From an uncultured Micrococcales bacterium (GTDB taxonomy: Bacteria > Actinomycetota > Actinomycetes > S36-B12 > GCA-2699445), in contig CAIWTL010000514.1 in the NCBI GenBank assembly GCA_903915555.1, positions 4,139 through 28,138 of the forward strand: a stretch of DNA of 24,000 nucleotides. Reading direction: 5' to 3'. The translations under genes and the position numbers were made by a program. The notes under the pieces were generated by a model, which was given only the letters and a program-made list of their open reading frames with translations, was not told the origin of the DNA and did no database searches. Below are positions 7,954 through 15,150 of this stretch, piece by piece (within the stretch, counting starts at the first letter, position 1; every line of letters starts with the position of its first letter).

Positions 7954-9180
7954 ATGCACGTCGAGCGGGACACCGGTACGCGTGCGGCGTACGCAACCCT
8001 CGCGACATGGGCGTCCTTCCTGTACTTCGTGGGTCCCGTCACGCCGCTCATCGCCCAACAGTTGGGGATCCCGCTGCAGGAGGCCGGTCTCATCGGGGTC
8101 GCCCTCGCCGCAGGTGTCGTTGCGGGGGGTCTCGCCGGTCCCACCGTCCTGCGGCGCCTGGGCCGTACCCGCACAGGGATCGTCGCCGCTGTGGGGATGT
8201 CCCTCGGATCGGGACTCCTGGCCCTCGTCGACGGCCTTCCCGCGGTCGTCGCAGCGGTCCTGCTCGCATCAGCCACCGGCTCGGTGCTGATGACAGTGGC
8301 CACCGCCGCGCTGGCCGACCGGCACGGCCCCGCCGGTCCCAGGGCCATCACCGAGGCCAATGCCGCGGCCGCCTGGGTCGGGGTGCTGTCTCCCCTCCTG
8401 ATCGGCGCAGTTGTCGGCCTCGGCTGGGGGTGGCGCCCCGCGGCGGTGGCCGTCGCCCTGCTCGGCCTCGTCCTCGCGGCGGTTCTGGCGCGCCATCCCG
8501 TGGCCGAGGGGCCGCCCGCGCAGCACGGACTGGCCGGCGCCGACAGTGTCCTGGCCGCCGCGGACGACCCGGCCCCCACGGAGGGCGGGGGCGATGCAGC
8601 GCCGCCACCGGGACGGTTGTCGGGGCGGTTCTACGTCAGCGTCGTGGCCGTCGTGGCCGCGGTGGGCGCCGAGATCTCGCTGAACTTCTGGGGCGGTGTC
8701 CTGATCGCCGAGAACACCGGGGTCGACCTGGCCGCCGCCACCGCACTGCTGGCGGTCCTGATCGGGGGCATCGCGGTGGGTCGCACCCTCGGTTCCGGGC
8801 TGGCGCGCCGGTTCCCGGTCGGTCGTCTCGTTCACGCCAGTCTGGCGCTGTCCCTGATCGGGTTCCTCGTGGTGTGGTCCGCCCCCACTGTCCTGCTCGC
8901 GGTCACCGGGCTCTTCCTGACCGGTGTGGGATACGCGCTGCTGTTCCCCCTGACGTCGAGCCTGGCTCTGCAACACGCGGCCGGGCAGGCCGACCGCGCG
9001 ATGTCCCTGGTCGCGGTGGTCATCGGCGTGACCATGGGGGCGGCGCCGTTCCTGTTGGGTGCGCTGGCGGGATCGCTCGGGGTGCGTGCGGGCTTCCTGA
9101 TCGTCCCGGTGCTGCTGGTGGCAGGCGGCGTCGCCATCCGCATCGCGGGACAACCCGCCACACTCAGCCACGTGTCGTGA
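7954..9180 (+). CDS. MFS-type transporter
   Basis: ORF 7936..9180, with ATG 7954 preferred (SD GAAGGGAG at 7942..7949). About 12 Gly/Ala/Leu-rich hydrophobic segments. The loop GLAGPTVLRRLGRTRTG resembles MFS motif A. Confidence 0.8.
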   Translation: MHVERDTGTRAAYATLATWASFLYFVGPVTPLIAQQLGIPLQEAGLIGVALAAGVVAGGLAGPTVLRRLGRTRTGIVAAVGMSLGSGLLALVDGLPAVVAAVLLASATGSVLMTVATAALADRHGPAGPRAITEANAAAAWVGVLSPLLIGAVVGLGWGWRPAAVAVALLGLVLAAVLARHPVAEGPPAQHGLAGADSVLAAADDPAPTEGGGDAAPPPGRLSGRFYVSVVAVVAAVGAEISLNFWGGVLIAENTGVDLAAATALLAVLIGGIAVGRTLGSGLARRFPVGRLVHASLALSLIGFLVVWSAPTVLLAVTGLFLTGVGYALLFPLTSSLALQHAAGQADRAMSLVAVVIGVTMGAAPFLLGALAGSLGVRAGFLIVPVLLVAGGVAIRIAGQPATLSHVS

Positions 9181-9246
9181 CGACACGCGTTCACCGGTGA
9201 CCGCGAACCGTGACCGACGGGTGACAATGGGACTCGCTGGAATGGG

Positions 9247-10467
9247 GTGGCCATGGGTGGCTCGGGCAACGTACCGGTCAAGGGGATCGTCGCGGTGGTC
9301 GGCGCTGTGCTGCTGCTGGTGATCGCTTTCACCGCGCCGTTCAGCGGCGACAGCCAGGCCGAGACGGCGTCACAGGACGCGATGGTCGAGGCGGACGCGG
9401 TCTCGGGTGACGGTGCTGCGGTGCCGGCCGCCCGCGTCGGGACCACGAGCCCTCCCGAACCCCAGCCGACGATCAGCATCCCCCAGCCCGCCCCCGGCGC
9501 CAAGCCCGTCCAGGCCGTCGTCATCTCGGTGGACGGCGGGTGCGAGACCGAGGACGGGACGATCCGCACCTTCCTCGACACCGCCAAGCAGGTGCAGGGC
9601 CGATTCACCTTCTTCATGTCGGGGCTGTGCCTGTTGCCCGACGCCCAACGCATGCAGTACCGCCCTCCCGGCAAGTTGCCGGGGACTTCGGACGTCGGGT
9701 TCGCCACGGCGGAACTCGTCGACTCCCGGATCCGGGTGTTCTCCGACATGTGGCGCGAGGGCCACGAGGTCGGCACTCACTTCCTCGGCCATTTCTGCGG
9801 CGGCGGCGGCGTCGACACGTGGTCGACCGAGGACTGGCGCAGCGAGATCGCCCAGGCCAAGGGCTTCCTCGACCAGTGGGCCGCCAACAACCCGCAGGTG
9901 ACCGACACGTCCCTCACGCTCCCGTTCGACTCGTCGGTGTTCGTCGGCGACCGGACCCCCTGCCTGGAAGGGCAGCGGCCCGCGATGTGGGATGCCTTCG
10001 CGGCCGAAGGGTTCCGGTACGAGGCGTCCGACCCGGGCACCCTCGTGTGGCCGAAGAAGGTCGCCGGCGGCAGGCTGTGGCAGTTCCCGCTGCCGGCGCT
10101 CAAACTCGGTGGCACCGACATGTGGGTCCTGTCGATGGACTACAACCTGCTCGTCAACCAGACCGGCGGCAAGACCGAGGTCGCGCCGGATGAGTGTGCG
10201 CAGGTCGAGCAGCAGAACTACGACACCTTCATGGGTGCGCTCGAGGGCGTCTACAACGGCAACAGGGCGCCACTGTTCCTCGGTACCCACCTCAACAGCT
10301 GGGCGTGCGGCGCCTATATCACCAGCCTCGAGCGCTTCATCCGCGATGCCAAGGCGAAGTACCCGGACATCATGTTCGTCTCCAACCGCGACCTCGCCGA
10401 CTGGCTGGACTCGATGGACCCCGCGACGTTGAAGTCGCTGCAGAAACTCGAGGCGCAGCGCTACTGA
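9247..10467 (+). CDS. Membrane-anchored/secreted polysaccharide-deacetylase-like (NodB/CE4-like) protein
   Basis: N-terminal hydrophobic anchor VKGIVAVVGAVLLLVIAF, then a low-complexity linker. GHEVGTHFLGH resembles CE4 motif 2 (HExGxHxxxH), and VVISVDGG occupies the position of motif 1 (TFDDG). Start GTG 9247 or ATG 9253. Confidence 0.5.
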   Translation: MAMGGSGNVPVKGIVAVVGAVLLLVIAFTAPFSGDSQAETASQDAMVEADAVSGDGAAVPAARVGTTSPPEPQPTISIPQPAPGAKPVQAVVISVDGGCETEDGTIRTFLDTAKQVQGRFTFFMSGLCLLPDAQRMQYRPPGKLPGTSDVGFATAELVDSRIRVFSDMWREGHEVGTHFLGHFCGGGGVDTWSTEDWRSEIAQAKGFLDQWAANNPQVTDTSLTLPFDSSVFVGDRTPCLEGQRPAMWDAFAAEGFRYEASDPGTLVWPKKVAGGRLWQFPLPALKLGGTDMWVLSMDYNLLVNQTGGKTEVAPDECAQVEQQNYDTFMGALEGVYNGNRAPLFLGTHLNSWACGAYITSLERFIRDAKAKYPDIMFVSNRDLADWLDSMDPATLKSLQKLEAQRY

Positions 10468-11021
10468 GCGGGTCCCCACTGGCCGTCACCGGCGTCGAGG
10501 CGGAGCAACAGCACGTAGTCGTGCTCGATGGAATCGCCGACCCGGAAGGTCTTGTTCCCGGTGATCCCGAATCCGCTCTTGCGGTAGAAACGCAGCGCTC
10601 GCTCGTTGTGCTGGTTGGTGCCGAGCCACACGACGTCGTGGCCGCGCTCCCGCGCGATCGTCAGGGTGTGGGACATGAGCAACCCCGCCACGTCGGTGCC
10701 GTGGTAGCGCTCGGCGACGTAGATGCGGCGCAACTCCGCGGGACGTCCGCCGCCGGGACCGTCGGGCGGTGGGACATCTCCCACGAGCATCGCGTACCCG
10801 CCGACGCCCCCCGCGGCGTCGGCGATCAGCATCGTCACAGTCGGGTCGGTGAGGTCCTTCCGGAAGGCACCCGGGCTCAGGCTCGTCGACACGTGACGGT
10901 CGATGTCCTCCTGCGTCGTGTGAGGCGGGCAGGCGAGCGCGAAGGTGCCCGCGGCGAAGTCCGAGAGAAGGTCGGCGTCGGAGAGCGATGCGGTCCGCAG
11001 CGTGATGGTGCCGGCGGGCAA
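10461..11021 (-). CDS. GNAT-family N-acetyltransferase
   Basis: 186-aa ORF. ELRRIYVAERYHGTDVAGLLMSHTLTIARERG and NERALRFYRKSGFGITG are classic GNAT acetyl-CoA-binding motifs A/B. The apparent TTG start at 11021 lies 3 nt after the upstream stop (TGA CCG TTG). Confidence 0.8.
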   Translation of the reverse strand: MPAGTITLRTASLSDADLLSDFAAGTFALACPPHTTQEDIDRHVSTSLSPGAFRKDLTDPTVTMLIADAAGGVGGYAMLVGDVPPPDGPGGGRPAELRRIYVAERYHGTDVAGLLMSHTLTIARERGHDVVWLGTNQHNERALRFYRKSGFGITGNKTFRVGDSIEHDYVLLLRLDAGDGQWGPAQ

Positions 11022-11024
11022 CGG

Positions 11025-11636
11025 TCAGGTCCCGGTCTCTGCCGTCAGTTCGGCGGCGGCGTCCGCATCCTCCTCGGCCCGCAGCCGGGGTTCGCGGACC
11101 CTGCTGGGATCGATGCCGCGCTTGTCGGCGAAGAACTCCCGGATCCGGTCCATGTCCGAGCGCACGTCACCGGTCAACGTGAAGGGGGGCGCGAAAGTGA
11201 CCGTGCGGGTGGGCTTGTCCGGTGCCACCATCATCACCGGGATTCCCGTCGCCAGGCTCAACCGGTAGAAGCCCGACTTCCAGTAGTCGACAGGCTTACG
11301 GGTGCCCTCCGGGGTCAGGACGAGTTGGAAGCCCTTGCCGGAGTTCGCCAGATGGATCAACTCGTCGATGAGCCCCGCCGGATTCTCGCGGTCCACCGGG
11401 ATGGCGCCGACGGCCTTCCAGAACGCACCGAACGGCCCTTCGGTGATCTCACGCTTGATGAGGAACCGGATGCGCAGGTCGTAGTTCCACGCGACGGCCA
11501 GCATCAGCACGCTGTCGAAGCCCGAGGTGTGGGGCGCCCCCACGAAGATGCGCGTGTCGTCCGGCGACGGGGTGGGGCCGGTGACCTTCCAGCGGGTGGC
11601 CGTGAGGAACGCCTTGCCGGCGAGATGACGGATCAC
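11025..11636 (-). CDS. Small 1-acyl-sn-glycerol-3-phosphate acyltransferase-like (LPLAT/PlsC-family) acyltransferase
   Basis: 203-aa ORF. GAPHTSGFDSVLM (HX4D), IPVDRENP and LTPEGTRKP blocks. GTG start at 11636 with AGGAG 5 nt upstream (11646..11642 on the minus strand). Confidence 0.8.
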   Translation of the reverse strand: MIRHLAGKAFLTATRWKVTGPTPSPDDTRIFVGAPHTSGFDSVLMLAVAWNYDLRIRFLIKREITEGPFGAFWKAVGAIPVDRENPAGLIDELIHLANSGKGFQLVLTPEGTRKPVDYWKSGFYRLSLATGIPVMMVAPDKPTRTVTFAPPFTLTGDVRSDMDRIREFFADKRGIDPSRVREPRLRAEEDADAAAELTAETGT

Positions 11637-11684
11637 TGGGGCTCCTGACGCTGTTCTGCGACCAGCGTAGGGCCCCGTGGTCGG

Positions 11685-12104
11685 CTATTCCCCCCCGAGG
11701 TCCACCACGTAGGCGTCCACGAGGACGCGGGTGGTCCTGCGCTCGTGGCGCCGCAGGCGCTGCAGGAGCCCTCGCACCTCGTCGCGGATTCGCATGGCCT
11801 GGTCGGGGTCGCCCCCGGCTTCCCCCGCGAGCACGCGCACCTGGCGCACGTGCCCGTGCAGGCTCTCCTGTTCGGCGTCGATGCGGCGCAGGTGGGACGA
11901 GAGGTGGGGGGCGTCGTCGGTGAGTTGCAGACGCATCGAGTGCCAGACGGCCTGACTCTCGTTGAGCATGCGGTCGGACAGATCGTCCAGGGCTGCGGCC
12001 AGCTCGACCCACCACTGCGCCATCGTGGAACGCTCCTGCACGAGGGCGCCGAGGCGATGGGACGCGGCGGTCACGGACGGGGGGTGGATGGCTGCTGCGC
12101 TCAT
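11685..12104 (-). CDS. Hypothetical small, predicted all-helical cytoplasmic protein
   Basis: ORF 11685..12110. ATG 12104 is preferred because GGAGAAGAGG lies about 5 nt upstream. G/C third-position bias is consistent with coding. No family recognised, and there are no TM segments. Confidence 0.55.
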   Translation of the reverse strand: MSAAAIHPPSVTAASHRLGALVQERSTMAQWWVELAAALDDLSDRMLNESQAVWHSMRLQLTDDAPHLSSHLRRIDAEQESLHGHVRQVRVLAGEAGGDPDQAMRIRDEVRGLLQRLRRHERRTTRVLVDAYVVDLGGE

Positions 12105-12254
12105 GGACACCTCTTCTCCACGGGAGGGAGCCGCGCGACGGCGGCCGGTTCCCCAGCATCCCCGGCGTTACCGGTTCGTTACCAGCCCAGGAGCCCCCCA
12201 AGTTCGTCGTAATTGGGTCGCAGGCCGCGGAAACACGGCGTGTCCGCCCCAACT

Positions 12255-12271
12255 CGTCCGTCTTGCGGACG
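12255..12271 (-). terminator. Candidate stem-loop just after the PP2C gene stop (CGTCCG-loop-CGGACG)
   Basis: A 6-bp GC stem with a 5-nt loop, 6 nt downstream of the stop at 12277. A second imperfect hairpin follows at about 12228..12248. There is no clear U-tract. Confidence 0.3.
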
Positions 12272-12276
12272 CGGGG

Positions 12277-13881
12277 TCAAGGGACGGGAGCAGGAGTCGG
12301 GCGGGGAACCGGGATCTGTGGGCTGTCGATCTTCTCGCGGAGGGACAGCGCGACGAGGGTCACGTCGTCCCTCTCCCAGTCGACCGCCCGGGCCCGCGCC
12401 AGGGCCAGGGTTCGGCGCACCACCTCGGCCGGATCGGCCCCGTCGAGCGACGCGGAGCGGTAGAGGTCGACGAGGCCGGCGGCGCCGAGTTGGGCGCGGC
12501 TGCTGTCGTGGGACTCCACCAGCCCGTCGCTGAAGGCCAGCAGCACCTCTCCCGGTCCGATGGTGGTCGTACTCACCCGCCACGGCCCCCCCAGCCACGA
12601 CAGCAGCGGTCCGGTCGGTCCGAGTTCGCGCTGGCTGCCGTCGGGGGAGAGGACGAGGGCCGGATGGTGCCCCGCGTTGGCCCACCGCACCACACCTGTG
12701 ACGGGGTCGACGCAGATGATGGCAAGCGTTGCGAAGCGGTCGAGTTCGTCGGAGAAGAAGGGAGCCGCGGCCGCGATGGCCTCCTCGGGGCCAGCCCCGG
12801 CGATCAGCGCCTGCGCGAGCATGTGTTTCACGCGCATGGCCGCCACCCCCGCCTCGGGTCCGTGGCCGGCGATGTCGGTGACGATCAGGGCTGCCTCTCC
12901 GGACGGCATGGCGACGCAGTCCCACCAGTCCCCGGCGAGTACCCCCTCGGCCGAACTCACCTCACCATGGACCGACACCCCCGGCACGGCGGGATCGGTC
13001 GGCGTGGACAACTCCCGGCGGATGGCGGCGACGACGGCACCGGCCCGGTCGCCCTCCAGGGACTCGCGCGCCGCCCGGGCCTCGTCGATCTCCGACACCA
13101 GTTGGCGGCGCATCTCCTCGGCGTCACGTCCCACGGCCGCCAACTCCGTGGGGCCGGTGGGGGTGATCGGCTTGTGGTGTTCCCCGCGCTGGGCAACGGT
13201 ACGGATCTGGCGGCGCAGGTCGTCGAGGGGTCGCAGCACCCATCGGAACAGCAGGTATCCCGCGGCCAGCAGCGCGAGCAGGAGGGCCGCCATCGCGAAG
13301 GCGACGACGTTGCTCAACCGTCGGGACAGATCCTGCAGTTCGGCGAACCCGGCACTGCGGTTGCCGTTGATGGTGTTGCCCAGCCGGTCGGTGGCCAGGA
13401 CGAGCCGCTCGTAGCGGGTGCGTGCGAAGTCCCCGGTGACGAGGCGCTCGGCCGCATCCAACCTGTCGGCGCGCGTCTGCCGGATGGCGGGTCGGGCGAC
13501 CGCGTCGATCCAGCGGGTCCGGGCACGTTCGGCAGCCGTCAGAAGGGGCTCGATCTCCGGCTCTCCACCCACCAGCCGCTCCAGCGAACTGAGCGCCAGG
13601 GCGGACCGCCGCTCCCCGTCGATGTAGGGGCGCAGCGAGTCCTCCGACCCTGTCAGGACGAACAGGGACAACCCCCGCTGCATGTCGGAGGTGGCGAGGC
13701 TCAAGGTGGCGACATCGTCGGCGGCCGGGTCGTAGACCGACACCACACGATCCGTCTCACTCGACACCTGTGCCGTGCGGAATCCGACGCTGGCGGCGGC
13801 GACGAGGACACACGCGAGCCCGATCACGGCCATGAGGAACAGCAGACCACGCAGCGAGAATCGCTCCTTGAGGCCTGCCAC
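12277..13881 (-). CDS. Membrane sensor phosphatase: TM - CHASE3-like extracytoplasmic domain - TM - HAMP - PP2C/SpoIIE phosphatase
   Basis: 534-aa ORF. TM1 is LLFLMAVIGLACVLVAAA. The CHASE3-like signature is DMQRGLSLFVLTGSEDSLRPYIDG. TM2 is VVAFAMAALLLALLAAGYLLF, followed by the HAMP-like LRPLDDLRRQIRTVAQ. PP2C metal motifs are GDWWD, TDIAGHG, FSDGLVE and DDVTLVAL. Confidence 0.85.
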   Translation of the reverse strand: MAGLKERFSLRGLLFLMAVIGLACVLVAAASVGFRTAQVSSETDRVVSVYDPAADDVATLSLATSDMQRGLSLFVLTGSEDSLRPYIDGERRSALALSSLERLVGGEPEIEPLLTAAERARTRWIDAVARPAIRQTRADRLDAAERLVTGDFARTRYERLVLATDRLGNTINGNRSAGFAELQDLSRRLSNVVAFAMAALLLALLAAGYLLFRWVLRPLDDLRRQIRTVAQRGEHHKPITPTGPTELAAVGRDAEEMRRQLVSEIDEARAARESLEGDRAGAVVAAIRRELSTPTDPAVPGVSVHGEVSSAEGVLAGDWWDCVAMPSGEAALIVTDIAGHGPEAGVAAMRVKHMLAQALIAGAGPEEAIAAAAPFFSDELDRFATLAIICVDPVTGVVRWANAGHHPALVLSPDGSQRELGPTGPLLSWLGGPWRVSTTTIGPGEVLLAFSDGLVESHDSSRAQLGAAGLVDLYRSASLDGADPAEVVRRTLALARARAVDWERDDVTLVALSLREKIDSPQIPVPRPTPAPVP

Positions 13882-14004
13882 ACCCGGAACCCTAGCCCGA
13901 ATAGGCCGGGGAGCGGCCCGCGGAGCGGATCAGCCCGACGACAGAGACGGCCGATCCGGGCCCACGGACAGGTGGGTGTTCGGACCGGTCCGTACCCTGG
14001 GGCG

Positions 14005-15138
14005 GTGACCACCACGCCGCGACTCAGACCGGATCTCCACGGAGTACCCGCCTACCGCGCGGGCACCCGCGTCACGCGCGATGCCATGCCGACCTATTCG
14101 CTGGCGTCCAACGAGGTCCCGTACGGCCCCCTGCCCGGTGTGGCCGAGATCGTGGCGGAACGTCTGCCCGACCTCAACCGGTACCCCGACCCCGCCTCGA
14201 CGGCGCTGACGCTGGCGCTGTCCGAGCGCCTGGGGGTGGGAGCCGACGAACTGTCGCTCGGGACCGGTTCGGTCGCTGTCTGCCAACAGATCACGCTGGC
14301 CGCCTGCTCACCGGGCGACGAGGTCGTGTACGCGTGGCGCTCCTTCGAGGCGTACCCCATCGTCACGACTCTCGCGCACGCCCGCTCGGTACAGGTCCCC
14401 CTGCTTCCCGATGCGAGGCACGACCTACCGGCGATGGCGGCGGCGGTGACCGACCGCACCCGCGTTGTATTCGTGTGCACCCCCAACAACCCGACAGGCC
14501 CCGCTGTGACGGAGGCGGAGCTGCTGGACTTCCTCGAGCGGGTTCCCGATGACGTCCTGGTGGTCGTGGACGAGGCCTACTACGAGTTCGGGCTGGACGC
14601 CGACGGCGTTCCCGACCTCGATGGTGTCGCGATCACGCGTGGCCGTCCCAATGTCATGGTGCTGCGGACCTTCTCCAAGGCCTACGGCCTCGCAGGGATG
14701 CGGGTCGGATATGGGGTCGCTTCGCCGGTCGTGGCCGCCGCGCTGCGCAAGTGCGCCACACCGTTCGGGGTGTCGCTGCCCGCGCAGGCGGCGGCGATCG
14801 CGTCGTTGGACCAACAGGACGAACTCCGTGCACGAGTCGCTCGCGTTCGCGCCGAACGCGCCAGGGTCATGGCAGCCGCCCGTTCCCTGGGCTTCGACGT
14901 GCCCGACTCGGCGGCCAACTTCTACTGGGTCCCACTCGGACACGACGCCGAACGGTTCGCGCACGAGTGCAAGGAGCACGGTGTCACCGTCCGCGCCTTC
15001 CCCGAAGAGGGTGTGAGGATCACCGTCGGCGAGGCGCAGGCCGGCGACACAGTCCTCGAGATCCTGCGCGGGTACGCGCCCGCCTCTTCGGGCGATGGAG
15101 GTTCGGCCGGTGGGAGTATGGCGGCGTCGGTCGAGTAG
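14005..15138 (+). CDS. Class-II PLP aminotransferase (histidinol-phosphate / aromatic aminotransferase, hisC/pat type)
   Basis: This is the 3' part of the 1058-aa ORF 11962..15138. Motifs: LASNEVPYGP, TPNNPTGP and the PLP-lysine block RTFSKAYGLAGMRVGY. GTG 14005 gives MTTTPRLRPDLHGVPAY, like known HisC/Pat N-termini (an in-frame alternative is GTG 13972). Confidence 0.85.
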   Translation: MTTTPRLRPDLHGVPAYRAGTRVTRDAMPTYSLASNEVPYGPLPGVAEIVAERLPDLNRYPDPASTALTLALSERLGVGADELSLGTGSVAVCQQITLAACSPGDEVVYAWRSFEAYPIVTTLAHARSVQVPLLPDARHDLPAMAAAVTDRTRVVFVCTPNNPTGPAVTEAELLDFLERVPDDVLVVVDEAYYEFGLDADGVPDLDGVAITRGRPNVMVLRTFSKAYGLAGMRVGYGVASPVVAAALRKCATPFGVSLPAQAAAIASLDQQDELRARVARVRAERARVMAAARSLGFDVPDSAANFYWVPLGHDAERFAHECKEHGVTVRAFPEEGVRITVGEAQAGDTVLEILRGYAPASSGDGGSAGGSMAASVE

Positions 15139-15150
15139 TTCGGAGTGGTC

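Noticed and set aside
6930-8579. 549-aa minus-strand ORF spanning the DUF2277, DUF2461 and MFS genes
   Set aside because: It is antisense to three well-supported genes, and its product is low-complexity Ala/Arg/Pro/Thr sequence. This is a GC-rich artefact.
9177-9225. Four GTGAC pentamers (9177, 9197, 9210, 9221) and a 7-bp hairpin CGTGTCG-TGA-CGACACG around the MFS stop
   Set aside because: The pentamers are short and irregularly spaced (20, 13 and 11 nt), so they are easily explained by chance. The hairpin has a 3-nt loop that includes the stop codon, and no U-tract follows. There is not enough evidence to call a site or terminator.
10194-11648. 484-aa plus-strand ORF and 369-aa minus-strand ORF (9370..10479) overlapping the deacetylase, GNAT and LPLAT genes
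   Set aside because: They are antisense to genes with clear family motifs and their translations have no recognisable domains. These are GC-rich artefacts.
11962-14004. The 5' two-thirds of the 1058-aa plus-strand ORF
   Set aside because: This part is antisense to the PP2C sensor gene and the small helical gene and encodes Arg/Gly/Pro-rich low-complexity sequence. Only the last ~378 codons (from GTG 14005) resemble an aminotransferase, and their N-terminus matches known HisC/Pat starts.
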